This document shows positions 19,542-28,590 of a stretch of DNA of 64,000 nt, piece after piece. Where the stretch lies: positions 52,741 through 116,740 of IMG/VR virus record IMGVR_UViG_3300035698_001735; one strand, given 5' to 3'. The DNA is from a virus. How positions within the stretch are numbered: position 1 is the first letter of the stretch; every line of letters begins with the position of its first letter. The notes beneath the pieces are model-generated. The model was not told the DNA's origin. It searched no databases and worked only from the letters and a program-made list of their open reading frames with translations. A program made the position numbers and the translations under genes.

Positions 19542-20600
19542 ATGACGAAGAAATATGATGCCCTGGTATTCATCGGGCGATTTTCACCTTTCCACAACGG
19601 ACACAAGCAGGTTATTGACCACGCACTTACTATGACTGATCGAGTCATTGTTCTTATTGGCTCGGCTAATCGCTCACGTTCTATACGCAACCCTTTTACC
19701 TTTAGCGAACGCCGCACAATGATCTATCAGTCGTACGACGGCGACTTACGAGACACAATGGATAAGATTGCTATTGCTCCGCTTAACGATATGACTTACA
19801 ACGACGATCGTTGGATTGAACAAGTGCAAACACTTGTCAATCAAGAGCTTGCTGACGATGATGCTAAGGTTGGTCTTATTGGCTGGGACAAAGATAACAG
19901 CAGCTACTATTTAAAATTATTCCCAACATGGGCTAGTGAATCAGTTCATGCTACTACTAATATTAACGCAACTGATTTGCGTGCTCTGTTTTGGACTTAC
20001 GGTACTAGCGCACATTGGCAAGACAAAGGTATTGCAACTACTTCGTTACTTAAAGAATCAGTACCAGAAGCAGTATATGCTAACCTTAAGTGTTTTGCAA
20101 GTAGAGCAGATTATGCACAGTTGCGCATCGAGAAAGACTTTGTAGAAAAGTACAAAGAGTCAGTTAAAAAGTATCCACGCATCGAACACACAGTAGATGC
20201 AGTAGTTGTGCAAAGTGGACACATACTATTAATCCGTAGACGTGCCGAACCGGGCAAAGGCCTATGGGCGTTACCAGGGGGCTTTGTCAACCTCGACGAA
20301 ACACTTAAAACTGCCATGTTACGCGAGTTACGCGAGGAAACTAAAATTAAGGTTCCCGAAGCTGTACTGCGTGGTTCTATTATGAGCAGCAAGTGTTATG
20401 ATGATCCTCATCGCTCGGATCGCGGTCGTTTGATTACACAAGCATTTCACATTGCGCTCGATAGTCAAACTGAGTTGCCTAAGGTTAAGGGCTCGGATGA
20501 TGCAGACAAAGCACGCTGGGTTCCGCTTAGTAAACTAAACCCATGTGAGTTGTTTGAAGATCATTACTTTATTATTTCAGATATGCTTGGAGGTATATAA
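19542..20600 (+). CDS. nadM: bifunctional NMN adenylyltransferase / Nudix (ADP-ribose) hydrolase
   Basis: FIGRFSPFHNGH, RNPFTFSER, KDNSSYYLKLFP, Nudix box GGFV...E...AMLRELREET, DDADKARW. Confidence 0.95.
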   Translation: MTKKYDALVFIGRFSPFHNGHKQVIDHALTMTDRVIVLIGSANRSRSIRNPFTFSERRTMIYQSYDGDLRDTMDKIAIAPLNDMTYNDDRWIEQVQTLVNQELADDDAKVGLIGWDKDNSSYYLKLFPTWASESVHATTNINATDLRALFWTYGTSAHWQDKGIATTSLLKESVPEAVYANLKCFASRADYAQLRIEKDFVEKYKESVKKYPRIEHTVDAVVVQSGHILLIRRRAEPGKGLWALPGGFVNLDETLKTAMLRELREETKIKVPEAVLRGSIMSSKCYDDPHRSDRGRLITQAFHIALDSQTELPKVKGSDDADKARWVPLSKLNPCELFEDHYFIISDMLGGI

Positions 20601-20983
20601 TGGCTAGGAGAAAAATTACAGCACCAGTCGGCGGTACGCTAGTCAAGTCAAGTAACGGGAAAAAGGTAAAATACGCAGATCAAATTTGGATTAACCTCGA
20701 ACATACTTCAGTCGAAGACTTAGCAATACAATTGCAACGTGTTTTAAAAGACCACGGTGATGAATACGAAGACATGGACTTTGGCGAAGACGAGGAGTGC
20801 GGGTGCTACGGTGGATGCAGTTGCCCTGTTGCATACTTTATACAAGGCCGACGACGCGAAAACGACATAGAGTATAGTATTCGCGTCGAAAAAGAGACAG
20901 AGGACAACGACCGCCAAGTTACTAGAGACCTGGCCGAATTCAACCGCTTAAGAATAAAACTAGGCAAGGAAGAAGGAGAGTAA
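20600..20983 (+). CDS. hypothetical protein
   Basis: GGAGG SD, Cys cluster. Confidence 0.65.
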   Translation: MARRKITAPVGGTLVKSSNGKKVKYADQIWINLEHTSVEDLAIQLQRVLKDHGDEYEDMDFGEDEECGCYGGCSCPVAYFIQGRRRENDIEYSIRVEKETEDNDRQVTRDLAEFNRLRIKLGKEEGE

Positions 20984-20984
20984 C

Positions 20985-21317
20985 ATGCAAGATTACTGGG
21001 ATTTAACTAATAAGGAAAAAGAGCTAACAACTGCGCTTGCTAAGGTAAAGGAAGACCTAGATAAAGCACAGAAAGCAATTGACGCTAACCCCGAATACAT
21101 GTTAGCGGAACTAATACACAAACTCACGTGTAGTAGCAACCACACTGACCAATGCGGATGGCATTACGAAACATGGGATAAGCCAGAGTCCACTCGCAGA
21201 AGGTATGCTGATCGTGCTAAACAAGTTGCTTATATTATTTCTCCGCACGTAGGACATGATGCGCAGAAGCAGTGCGTATTTATGAATGAACTACTAAGAG
21301 CAGCAAGGGGTTATTAA
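20985..21317 (+). CDS. hypothetical protein
   Basis: SD; H...C..NHTD.CGW.YE motif. Confidence 0.65.
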   Translation: MQDYWDLTNKEKELTTALAKVKEDLDKAQKAIDANPEYMLAELIHKLTCSSNHTDQCGWHYETWDKPESTRRRYADRAKQVAYIISPHVGHDAQKQCVFMNELLRAARGY

Positions 21318-21397
21318 TGAAAATTATTACACCAGGCAGAGAGCAACGCGGAGAAGACCTAGCCACAAAGCAAGATTGGAGCGGATTTTAAATGCAG

Positions 21398-21477
21398 TTG
21401 ACAATAACGTTAATTGCTGTTATAATAAAGTCTAGACGATAGACGTCTAGCAATACAACTGTAAAGGAGATTTACAA
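21398..21477 (+). promoter_or_regulatory. promoter plus two-hairpin 5'-UTR of nadV
   Basis: TTGACA-N17-TATAAT; CTAGACG-ATAGA-CGTCTAG; TGTAAA-GGAGA-TTTACA. Confidence 0.75.
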
Positions 21478-22869
21478 ATGAACACACAGAATATTTTGTT
21501 TTTGGTAGACAGTTATAAGTTGAGCCACTTTTTACAATACCCCGAAGGTGCTGAATACGTTAGCTCTTACATCGAGAGCCGCGGCGGCAAATGGGATCGC
21601 ACTGTATTCTTTGGATTACAGATGTTCTTGAAAAAGTACTTAAGCTCACCTATTACGCTTGAGATGATTGACGAAGCAGATGAATTTTATACTGCACACG
21701 GTGAGCCATTTAACCGCGCAGGCTGGATGCACATTTTAGAAGAGCACGCAGGCGAACTTCCTGTTATGATAGAAGCATTGCCGGAAGGTACAGTAATTGA
21801 AACACGCAACGTACTAGTGCAACTTGTTAATACCGATCCACTAGTTCCTTGGTTGACTAGCTTTTTAGAAACTGCGCTGTTGCGTGCTGTTTGGTATCCG
21901 ACTACTGTTTCTACTAATTCGTTCGCAGCTAAAGAAATTATTTACAAGTCTTTACAAGAAACAGCAGACGATGCCGATGCTGAAATTATGTTTAAGTTAC
22001 ATGACTTCGGAGCACGTGGTGTTAGCTCACATGAATCAGCTGAAATAGGCGGTATAGGACATTTAGTACACTACATGGGTTCAGACAATGTTGAAGCTAT
22101 AGTAGCTGCAAAACGGTATTACGACGAACCGATGGCAGCATTTTCAATTCCTGCGAGTGAGCACAGTACAATTACATCGTGGGGCAGAGACGGCGAAGTT
22201 GACGCTTATCGCAACATGCTTAAGCAGTTTGGAAAGCCAGGTGCGCTTGTTGCTTGCGTATCAGACAGTTATGATATCTACAATGCAACTGAAAACATCT
22301 GGGGTGACATGCTGCTTGAAGAAGTAAAAGCAAGCGGCGCAACACTTATTATTCGTCCTGATTCTGGCAATCCTGAAACAGTACCAGTTGAGATTATCGA
22401 GAAGCTAATGGATAAGGTTGGTTACACTATTAACACCAAGGGCTATAAAGTGCTGCCTGATTACTTCCGCGTTTTACAAGGCGACGGTATTAACAGCGAC
22501 AGTATTGCAGCTATCCTAGCAAACATGAAAGCCAAGAACCTAAGCGCAAGTAACATTGCATTTGGTCAAGGCGGTGGATTGTTACAGCAACTTGATCGTG
22601 ACACTTTGCAGTTTGCTATGAAAGCAAGTGCAATTAGAGTTAACGGTGTGTGGAGAGATGTTTATAAAGATCCTATTACTGATAAAGGCAAGCGCAGTAA
22701 GCGCGGACGTTTAGCGTTAATAAAGGTTGGCGATGAATATCAAACCGTGCGTGAAGATGCAAATACGTTAGAAACTAACTTGTTAAAGCCAGTGTATGCT
22801 AGCGGCACTCTTCTTAACAACACTACGTTTGCAGAAGTACGCGATCGGGCTGCGCTCGGCCTTAAGTAG
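21478..22869 (+). CDS. nadV: nicotinamide phosphoribosyltransferase (NAMPT)
   Basis: DSYKLSHFLQYP, LHDFGARG, SIPASEHS, VSDSYD, IRPDSG, QGDGI, RDTLQFAMK, KRSKRG. Confidence 0.96.
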   Translation: MNTQNILFLVDSYKLSHFLQYPEGAEYVSSYIESRGGKWDRTVFFGLQMFLKKYLSSPITLEMIDEADEFYTAHGEPFNRAGWMHILEEHAGELPVMIEALPEGTVIETRNVLVQLVNTDPLVPWLTSFLETALLRAVWYPTTVSTNSFAAKEIIYKSLQETADDADAEIMFKLHDFGARGVSSHESAEIGGIGHLVHYMGSDNVEAIVAAKRYYDEPMAAFSIPASEHSTITSWGRDGEVDAYRNMLKQFGKPGALVACVSDSYDIYNATENIWGDMLLEEVKASGATLIIRPDSGNPETVPVEIIEKLMDKVGYTINTKGYKVLPDYFRVLQGDGINSDSIAAILANMKAKNLSASNIAFGQGGGLLQQLDRDTLQFAMKASAIRVNGVWRDVYKDPITDKGKRSKRGRLALIKVGDEYQTVREDANTLETNLLKPVYASGTLLNNTTFAEVRDRAALGLK

Positions 22870-22877
22870 AAACAATA

Positions 22878-22905
22878 AAAAGGCGGGCGGAAACGTTCGC
22901 CTTTT
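22878..22905 (+). terminator. intrinsic terminator
   Basis: AGGCGGGCG-GAAA-CGTTCGCCT followed by a T run. Confidence 0.8.
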
Positions 22906-22955
22906 CTCTTGACTAAAATTGGCATTAGTGGTATAATAGAGTAAGGAGAATTAAT

Positions 22956-23684
22956 ATGACTTTAGATATATTTGGTGAAGACTCTTCACGAGTTTGTAAA
23001 TACTTGCATGATCCGTTAGCAATAATACTAGCCGGACATAAAACAGATGATGATATGTACTGCGGCGAGACAACACAATCGCTGTTGATTACTCAACAGG
23101 TCAGTACAAGTAACTACAAACATACCCAAGTTCAGGTGCTCGATGAGCATCTTATGTTAGCGAAGAAAATTAGACTCTACTACCAAAATAAGCTTACCTT
23201 GCAATTTCTTAATGGCAACGCTCCTAGCTTGACTCCGTTTCGGCAAGATTTATTAACTCTGTTATCAGGAGATGCGCTTTCTTTAAGAGAAGATCACAAG
23301 CCTATGCTAGCTGTGTTGCCGAGGTTTTATAAAGAGGATATCTATCAAGATCGGTTGCAAAAGAACTTTACTATGATAAACTCGGACGTATTTGAAACTC
23401 CGGAACGCATGCACAATCATACAGAAGAATGGAAGCTTGTTACGGCCGACGAACCTTATCAAATACGAATGACTAAGAAGGAAAGAGTTCGAGTATACTG
23501 GTACTACAATGCCAAGAACGAATTACTTAAGATTCCTATTTCGTTAAAGAATCCTCTAGCGCCGTTATTTGAAAAATGCACAAACACTCCGACTGTTACG
23601 TTTACTGGTGATTACTATGCGGACTGTATGATGGGTCGTAACTTAACATATTGGTCAATGGATAACTGGAATATAGAATTATGA
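22956..23684 (+). CDS. hypothetical protein
   Basis: Promoter at 22909, AGGAG SD. Confidence 0.7.
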   Translation: MTLDIFGEDSSRVCKYLHDPLAIILAGHKTDDDMYCGETTQSLLITQQVSTSNYKHTQVQVLDEHLMLAKKIRLYYQNKLTLQFLNGNAPSLTPFRQDLLTLLSGDALSLREDHKPMLAVLPRFYKEDIYQDRLQKNFTMINSDVFETPERMHNHTEEWKLVTADEPYQIRMTKKERVRVYWYYNAKNELLKIPISLKNPLAPLFEKCTNTPTVTFTGDYYADCMMGRNLTYWSMDNWNIEL

Positions 23685-24082
23685 AGATAGGACTTTCGTT
23701 AAGCAAATGTTTGCCTGACATCATATACGGTACCGTAGATTACAACGACGTAATGTTAATTATAACCGGCACCTGTGTTGAGGAATGGGATGACAAAAAT
23801 TGTGATCTTATGTGGGGCGAATATCGGTATATCAGATCGGTGTGGCGGCAGTATCCTGAAAAAGATAAGCTGATGTTTGTAGCAATGATAAAGCGTCTTG
23901 CTAACGATGGCAAGTTGCATCAGCCCCGTTTGTTCGACGCACGCCCGCCGCAGATGCACTACTGTTGGCTCGATACTATGATTACTTCTGCTGACATGCA
24001 GCACAATCCAACAGCAGAGAAGCTATGGAATCAGTATAAATTAATACAACAGTTAGGCGGTAAAAGTACACCTAGTGTATAA
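23681..24082 (+). CDS. conserved large-phage hypothetical protein
   Basis: MKIGLSLS.C..DI...GKLHQPRLF. Confidence 0.7.
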   Translation: MKIGLSLSKCLPDIIYGTVDYNDVMLIITGTCVEEWDDKNCDLMWGEYRYIRSVWRQYPEKDKLMFVAMIKRLANDGKLHQPRLFDARPPQMHYCWLDTMITSADMQHNPTAEKLWNQYKLIQQLGGKSTPSV

Positions 24083-24106
24083 ATACGTAAAGGAGTATAA
24101 ATCTTT

Positions 24107-24577
24107 ATGGATCATTGCCGCGTAACAACACACTTATCTACCCTGTTTTTAGTACTTTGTATTATTTTATCAACCCTGTTAATTAGTATGGTAATATATG
24201 ATTATCATCACAGAACTCCTTTAATTAACGTTTCCGCCCGCGCACTAGGACCTGCATACCCCGGCGGGGTAGCAAAGATTGAATTTAGATATACTCGACA
24301 TTTTATAATGCCGGCTCGAGTATTAGATAGATGGATAGTATGCGACGACGGCGCACTTACATCTCCTACTTCTCTTTTCAGCCTAGCTGACAAGCCGGCT
24401 TGGCCGGCCGGAACTAACATGAAACACATTCTGCGTATCGTTATTCCGTCTGATATTAAACCAGGGCAGTTTTGTCATTACGGAACATCTATAAAATTTA
24501 AACGTATGATTCTTCCGGACGTAATTATTAATAATCCGCCTACAAGTACCCCAATAAAAATTATTCCTAACAGCTAA
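24107..24577 (+). CDS. late membrane-anchored protein
   Basis: TATAAATA box, AGGAG SD, N-terminal TM helix. Confidence 0.6.
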   Translation: MDHCRVTTHLSTLFLVLCIILSTLLISMVIYDYHHRTPLINVSARALGPAYPGGVAKIEFRYTRHFIMPARVLDRWIVCDDGALTSPTSLFSLADKPAWPAGTNMKHILRIVIPSDIKPGQFCHYGTSIKFKRMILPDVIINNPPTSTPIKIIPNS

Positions 24578-24741
24578 CACAAATATTGTATTTTAATACA
24601 CATATTATGTAGATATCTCATGACATAAATACGTGCTGTAACAGCGTTTAACACGTCTACAGCAAGCGTTATGTAAGCAGACGCATGCATGTACAAGCGC
24701 TAATAAGCAAGCACACAGCGTAATTTATACAGGAGATAACA

Positions 24742-25071
24742 ATGGAATACGTAGAAATAATTTTATCAATATTAGGAGGCGGCTGGAACTATGCAGGCAT
24801 GGCAGTGTCGTTCTTAGGAGACGGAATAACTAATACTATTATATCATGGATAGGCGGAGTATTAATCTTTTGGGGAATAGCCGACCTATACATGTTTTAC
24901 CGTTTTAGACGAGGATCAAAGGTTGATAAGACCGCAGCACTTTGGCATTGGATTAGTGTAAAGTGGTGCCTCGCATCGCAGACTGAATTAATGGCAGAGA
25001 AGCTACCTTTTATATCAAAGGACCTATCAGAAGTAGTTGGTGTTAAAGACGACGACGACAAAATAACTTAA
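24742..25071 (+). CDS. membrane protein
   Basis: AGGAG SD, hydrophobic segments. Confidence 0.65.
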   Translation: MEYVEIILSILGGGWNYAGMAVSFLGDGITNTIISWIGGVLIFWGIADLYMFYRFRRGSKVDKTAALWHWISVKWCLASQTELMAEKLPFISKDLSEVVGVKDDDDKIT

Positions 25072-25176
25072 CCTAATCTAAAAAGTAAAGTGACATAGCA
25101 ACAGAATAAAACACTTTACTTCCTTCACTATGTATGCTATAATAGTCATATACAAACTGACTCATAGGATACTATC

Positions 25177-25572
25177 ATGAACGACCAAGTAGCAGAAATG
25201 CGCGGAATACCAACTCGCCAGAAACTAGAAGAAATCTTAGCAACCGGCGGAGTACTTGTTGTATTCAATAAAAAAGACGGCGACGAGCGAAGAATGCGAT
25301 GCACAACTGATCGAATGTTAATTCCTGCAGATAAACGCCCGGACCTCAAAGTCGAAGTTTTAAAAGAAATCAAAGATGCTGCTGAACAAAAAGAAGACAA
25401 GCCGAATGTTACCGTTTGGGACCTAGATGCAAACGCATGGCGTTCATTTATATACACTCGCGTTACCCATGCAGCAATAGACTTTGAATCAAAAGAAGTA
25501 ACAAACGTAGAATACAACGAAACACTAACCATCAACGGCGAAGCAGTAATTCAAACTGAAGACACTGAATAG
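25177..25572 (+). CDS. WYL_2/Sm-like SH3 protein
   Basis: VVFNKKDGDERRMRCT...VWDLDANAWRSF. Confidence 0.8.
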   Translation: MNDQVAEMRGIPTRQKLEEILATGGVLVVFNKKDGDERRMRCTTDRMLIPADKRPDLKVEVLKEIKDAAEQKEDKPNVTVWDLDANAWRSFIYTRVTHAAIDFESKEVTNVEYNETLTINGEAVIQTEDTE

Positions 25573-25621
25573 CTATTACTGAAAGCCAAGTACTGAACAC
25601 TATAACTACAGGATACACACA

Positions 25622-26038
25622 ATGGAAATCGGATTCACTGGAACTCGTAATGAACTAACGCCCAAGGCGCTTAATGAGTTAACACTAGCACTAATTGACC
25701 TAAAAGACAATAACGAAATTACTATGTGCCATCATGGCGATTGCACTGGAGCAGACTTAGCATTTCACAATATATGTATGCAGATAGGTCTGCCTGTTAT
25801 GGTACATCCGCCTATAAGAGATGACTTGCGTGCGTACTGTAAAGGCACTCACATCAGATCGCCACTTGGATACTTTGAACGCAACCGTGTTATTGTAACC
25901 CTAAGTGATATCCTTTTTGGATGTCCTTGGACTATGGAAGAAACTCAAGGCGGAACTTGGTATACAATTAATTATGCTAAGGAGAAAGGCGTTCCTGTAC
26001 AGATGGTGTGGCCAGAAGAGTTAGCAGAAACTTTGTAA
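25622..26038 (+). CDS. SLOG-superfamily nucleotide-binding protein
   Basis: IGFTGTR, HHGDCTGAD, RNRVIV, GGTWYTINYA. Confidence 0.8.
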   Translation: MEIGFTGTRNELTPKALNELTLALIDLKDNNEITMCHHGDCTGADLAFHNICMQIGLPVMVHPPIRDDLRAYCKGTHIRSPLGYFERNRVIVTLSDILFGCPWTMEETQGGTWYTINYAKEKGVPVQMVWPEELAETL

Positions 26039-26089
26039 CAGAAATCCTAGACCAGCGCAGCGGGGTCTTCTAATAAACTGGAATATTAC

Positions 26090-26398
26090 ATGAATATATT
26101 ATTTGTTTGTACTATGGCTAGATTAAGAAGTAAAACTGCTGCCCATTGCTTGCAAAGCATTACTAATCCTTGTGATTACGGAGGTCTTGACTCCAAAGCA
26201 GACAAGCCTATTACTAAAGATATGGTTGAACGGGCTGATGTTATTGTTTGTATGGAAATAGGCCACAGGACTAAGCTAAGACGAAGATTCAAAGGCATAA
26301 GTCATAAGATGCAAGTTTGGGCCATACCAGACGATTACGAATATATGGACAACACGTTGGTTACTATATTAAACGGTAAAGCGGAGGAGTTACTATGA
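26090..26398 (+). CDS. low-molecular-weight phosphotyrosine-phosphatase-like protein
   Basis: ILFVC.....RS.TA, ADVIVCME, IPDDYEYMD. Confidence 0.85.
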   Translation: MNILFVCTMARLRSKTAAHCLQSITNPCDYGGLDSKADKPITKDMVERADVIVCMEIGHRTKLRRRFKGISHKMQVWAIPDDYEYMDNTLVTILNGKAEELL

Positions 26399-26604
26399 GC
26401 AACAGGACTATGTTAGAAATCAATCATGATTTTATATATACCACTGACCAAGAAAAACTTGAATGGGCTAACAAGATGCTCGGATACTTATCATCAGGTG
26501 ATCCAAAGCATTTGCCAGACGGCGTGACTTGGTTCGGCATGCGACACCATTCTACAGATTGTCCACTAGGCGAGCCTCCAAGAGGGTGGCATAACATTAG
26601 ATAG
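26395..26604 (+). CDS. hypothetical protein
   Basis: GGAGG SD, overlapping start. Confidence 0.6.
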   Translation: MSNRTMLEINHDFIYTTDQEKLEWANKMLGYLSSGDPKHLPDGVTWFGMRHHSTDCPLGEPPRGWHNIR

Positions 26605-26614
26605 AGAGATTAAT

Positions 26615-26971
26615 ATGAATATAACTTCAAGCGGTGCTAAAGTAGTAATTGGCGGGAAGGAATTCTCTGGCAAGAACATCAGTATTGCCGATGGCAAAGT
26701 AATTGTTGACGGTGTTGTACAAGACGGGTCGTTATCGGGTAATATAAATGTAGAAGTACACGGTGATATCAATAGTCTTACTAACACAGCAGGCTCAATT
26801 AAATGCCGCGATGTCGGAGCAATAAAAACTACGTCAGGTGATGTAGATTGTTATACAGTCGGCGGTTCAATTAATACAATCAGCGGCGATGTAATATGCG
26901 GTAATGTCGGCGGCAATATTAAGACAGTTAGCGGCGACGTTAGCAGCGACACCTACAGACGGAAACCTTAA
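26615..26971 (+). CDS. beta-solenoid protein (DUF4097/adhesin-like repeats)
   Basis: Repeated VGG.I.T.SGDV. Confidence 0.7.
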   Translation: MNITSSGAKVVIGGKEFSGKNISIADGKVIVDGVVQDGSLSGNINVEVHGDINSLTNTAGSIKCRDVGAIKTTSGDVDCYTVGGSINTISGDVICGNVGGNIKTVSGDVSSDTYRRKP

Positions 26972-26973
26972 CT

Positions 26974-27228
26974 ATGATAGATTTTAACATTAACAACTAC
27001 GTATATGTGCAACTAACAGACCAAGGTATTAACGAATTGGAAAGACAGCATATTGAGTTGCAAGCACAGGCGCCAAGCATTGGGGATTTTAAGTTACCGC
27101 CGACGGACAGCGAAGGCTGGAGTAAATGGCAGTTACATTCATTAATGTATAGGCTCGGGCATTGTTGCACTTTAACAGGTAAACCGCCGTTTGAGATAGA
27201 AATAAGAATTCCGACAAAAGAGGCATAA
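26974..27228 (+). CDS. hypothetical phage protein
   Basis: FNINNYVYVQLTDQG...WQLHSLM. Confidence 0.6.
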   Translation: MIDFNINNYVYVQLTDQGINELERQHIELQAQAPSIGDFKLPPTDSEGWSKWQLHSLMYRLGHCCTLTGKPPFEIEIRIPTKEA

Positions 27229-27426
27229 GGCCGTGATATACGTAATTGATGATACATCGGACCTTAAGGACGTTTACCTCGAAGATATCGATGGCTTTGT
27301 TGGGTCTACACCAGAATGTTATTTAGTACAAGCTTGGTACTTTTATTATTTCTCGACGCTTAATGCAGCTAAAACAAAAGCTCGCAGTTTGGGTGTATCT
27401 GATGAAGTAAGAACAGAAAATAATCA

Positions 27427-27630
27427 TTGACAATTCATAAATAGCACGCTATACTGTGCGTAAGATAAATAGAAGTAAGGAAGATTGGCGCGAGCGGTTG
27501 AAGGCAGCAGGTTGCTAACTTGTAAGGTTCGAAAGAGCTTCAAGGGTTCGAATCCCTTATCTTCCTCCAAATTAATAAGTCAAAATAAGCACTTGACAGA
27601 ATACACTTAGCACGCTATACTGTGCGTAAG
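27427..27630 (+). repeat. duplicated promoter cassette in front of two tRNA(-like) genes
   Basis: Identical 23-mer TAGCACGCTATACTGTGCGTAAG at 27442 and 27608, each after TTGACA. Confidence 0.8.
27479..27569 (+). tRNA. tRNA-Ser(GCT)
   Basis: Cloverleaf, long variable arm, TTCGAAT T-loop, CCA. Confidence 0.9.
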
Positions 27631-27634
27631 TTAA

Positions 27635-27739
27635 AAAGTAAATAGTTGGCAGAGCATGGCTTAACGCATTGTGTTTGTATAACAGACATGAGTTCCTGTA
27701 AGAAGGAACCACAGGTTCGAATCCTGTACTAATTACTTT
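27635..27739 (+). ncRNA. tRNA-like RNA with closed 9-bp anticodon arm and no CCA
   Basis: D-like loop, long variable arm, ACAGG-TTCGAAT-CCTGT, extended acceptor stem. Confidence 0.6.
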
Positions 27740-27768
27740 AATTTTTTAGTCTTTTTTAAATAAAACAC

Positions 27769-27797
27769 TTGACAACTATGCTAAATAAGTGTATAGT
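27769..27797 (+). promoter_or_regulatory. sigma70-type promoter of the tRNA-operon leader
   Basis: TTGACA-N17-TATAGT. Confidence 0.75.
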
Positions 27798-27810
27798 TAA
27801 ACACGTTGCA

Positions 27811-28008
27811 ATGAAGCAACAAACAATTTTTATACCCAGGAAAGTATCGCACATGAAACAAGTTATGTTTATAGCCAGACAGAAGCATCAAGACGCAGAG
27901 CGTTTCGATGGCGGGATGCCTGAGCGCGGTCGTTGGGTGGATATTATTAATTATAATAATACGCTGCCGCAACAAAAAGGGGTTGGATCGGAGGGACTTA
28001 GACTATAA
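27811..28008 (+). CDS. putative attenuator leader peptide (alternative start 27853)
   Basis: 65 codons; 3' end overlaps the antiterminator strand. Confidence 0.55.
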   Translation: MKQQTIFIPRKVSHMKQVMFIARQKHQDAERFDGGMPERGRWVDIINYNNTLPQQKGVGSEGLRL

Positions 28009-28035
28009 TAGTTTAGTTCACAACAAGATTTATAC

Positions 28036-28071
28036 AACCCCTTAAGCTAACACAGTTTAAGGGGTTTTTTT
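28036..28071 (+). terminator. intrinsic terminator/attenuator
   Basis: 13-bp stem AACCCCTTAAGCT/AGTTTAAGGGGTT with T tract; 5' arm also complementary to 27977-27985. Confidence 0.85.
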
Positions 28072-28267
28072 ATGAAGTGCTAATACGGAACGCGACTGTT
28101 ACCGGCACTCTAAACAAAGGTTAATGGGCGGGTTGGGGATGAATTTCTACTTGTAGAATGATAAAAGCAACAGTGTAAGGCATAGTGACCTTACGTAGTG
28201 GTCACGCCAAAATAAACGGGGCAACATAGACCACTGATAAAGAACCGTTAACTAATTTTTAAATTAT

Positions 28268-28352
28268 GCATTGTCCCCGGAGTTGGAGAGCCGGACCGCA
28301 CTGTAAATGCGACGCGAGAGCTGAGTAGGTTCAAATCCTACACAATGCACCA
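28268..28352 (+). tRNA. tRNA-Tyr(GTA)
   Basis: Cloverleaf, CCA. Confidence 0.88.
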
Positions 28353-28358
28353 ATTTTT

Positions 28359-28432
28359 AGTCCTATAATTCAATGGCAGAATGACGGTCCGATAAACCGT
28401 ATACGGAGGTTCGATTCCTCTTAGGACTACCA
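28359..28432 (+). tRNA. tRNA-Ile(GAT)
   Basis: Cloverleaf, CCA; unusual C33. Confidence 0.88.
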
Positions 28433-28433
28433 C

Positions 28434-28508
28434 ACTCCTTTAACTCAACGGTAGAGTGCTTCTTTTACACGGAAGATGTTGCAAGTTCGAATCTTGCAGG
28501 GAGTACCA
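28434..28508 (+). tRNA. tRNA-Val(TAC)
   Basis: Cloverleaf, CCA. Confidence 0.92.
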
Positions 28509-28509
28509 T

Positions 28510-28585
28510 CCGGCTATGATGTAACTGAATAGCATAGGAGTCTTCTAAACTCTTCGACCAGGTTTGAATCCTGGTAGCCGGACCA
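28510..28585 (+). tRNA. tRNA-Arg(TCT)
   Basis: Cloverleaf, CCA. Confidence 0.88.
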
Positions 28586-28590
28586 ATTAC

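Noticed and set aside
24624..24741. AGC/AGCG-rich long leader after CATAAATA
   Set aside because: No convincing stems or regular period found by eye.
28142..28159. AATTTCTACTTGTAGAAT resembles a Cas12a direct repeat
   Set aside because: Single copy, loop too short, no array or cas gene; explained as a CTTG-capped hairpin.
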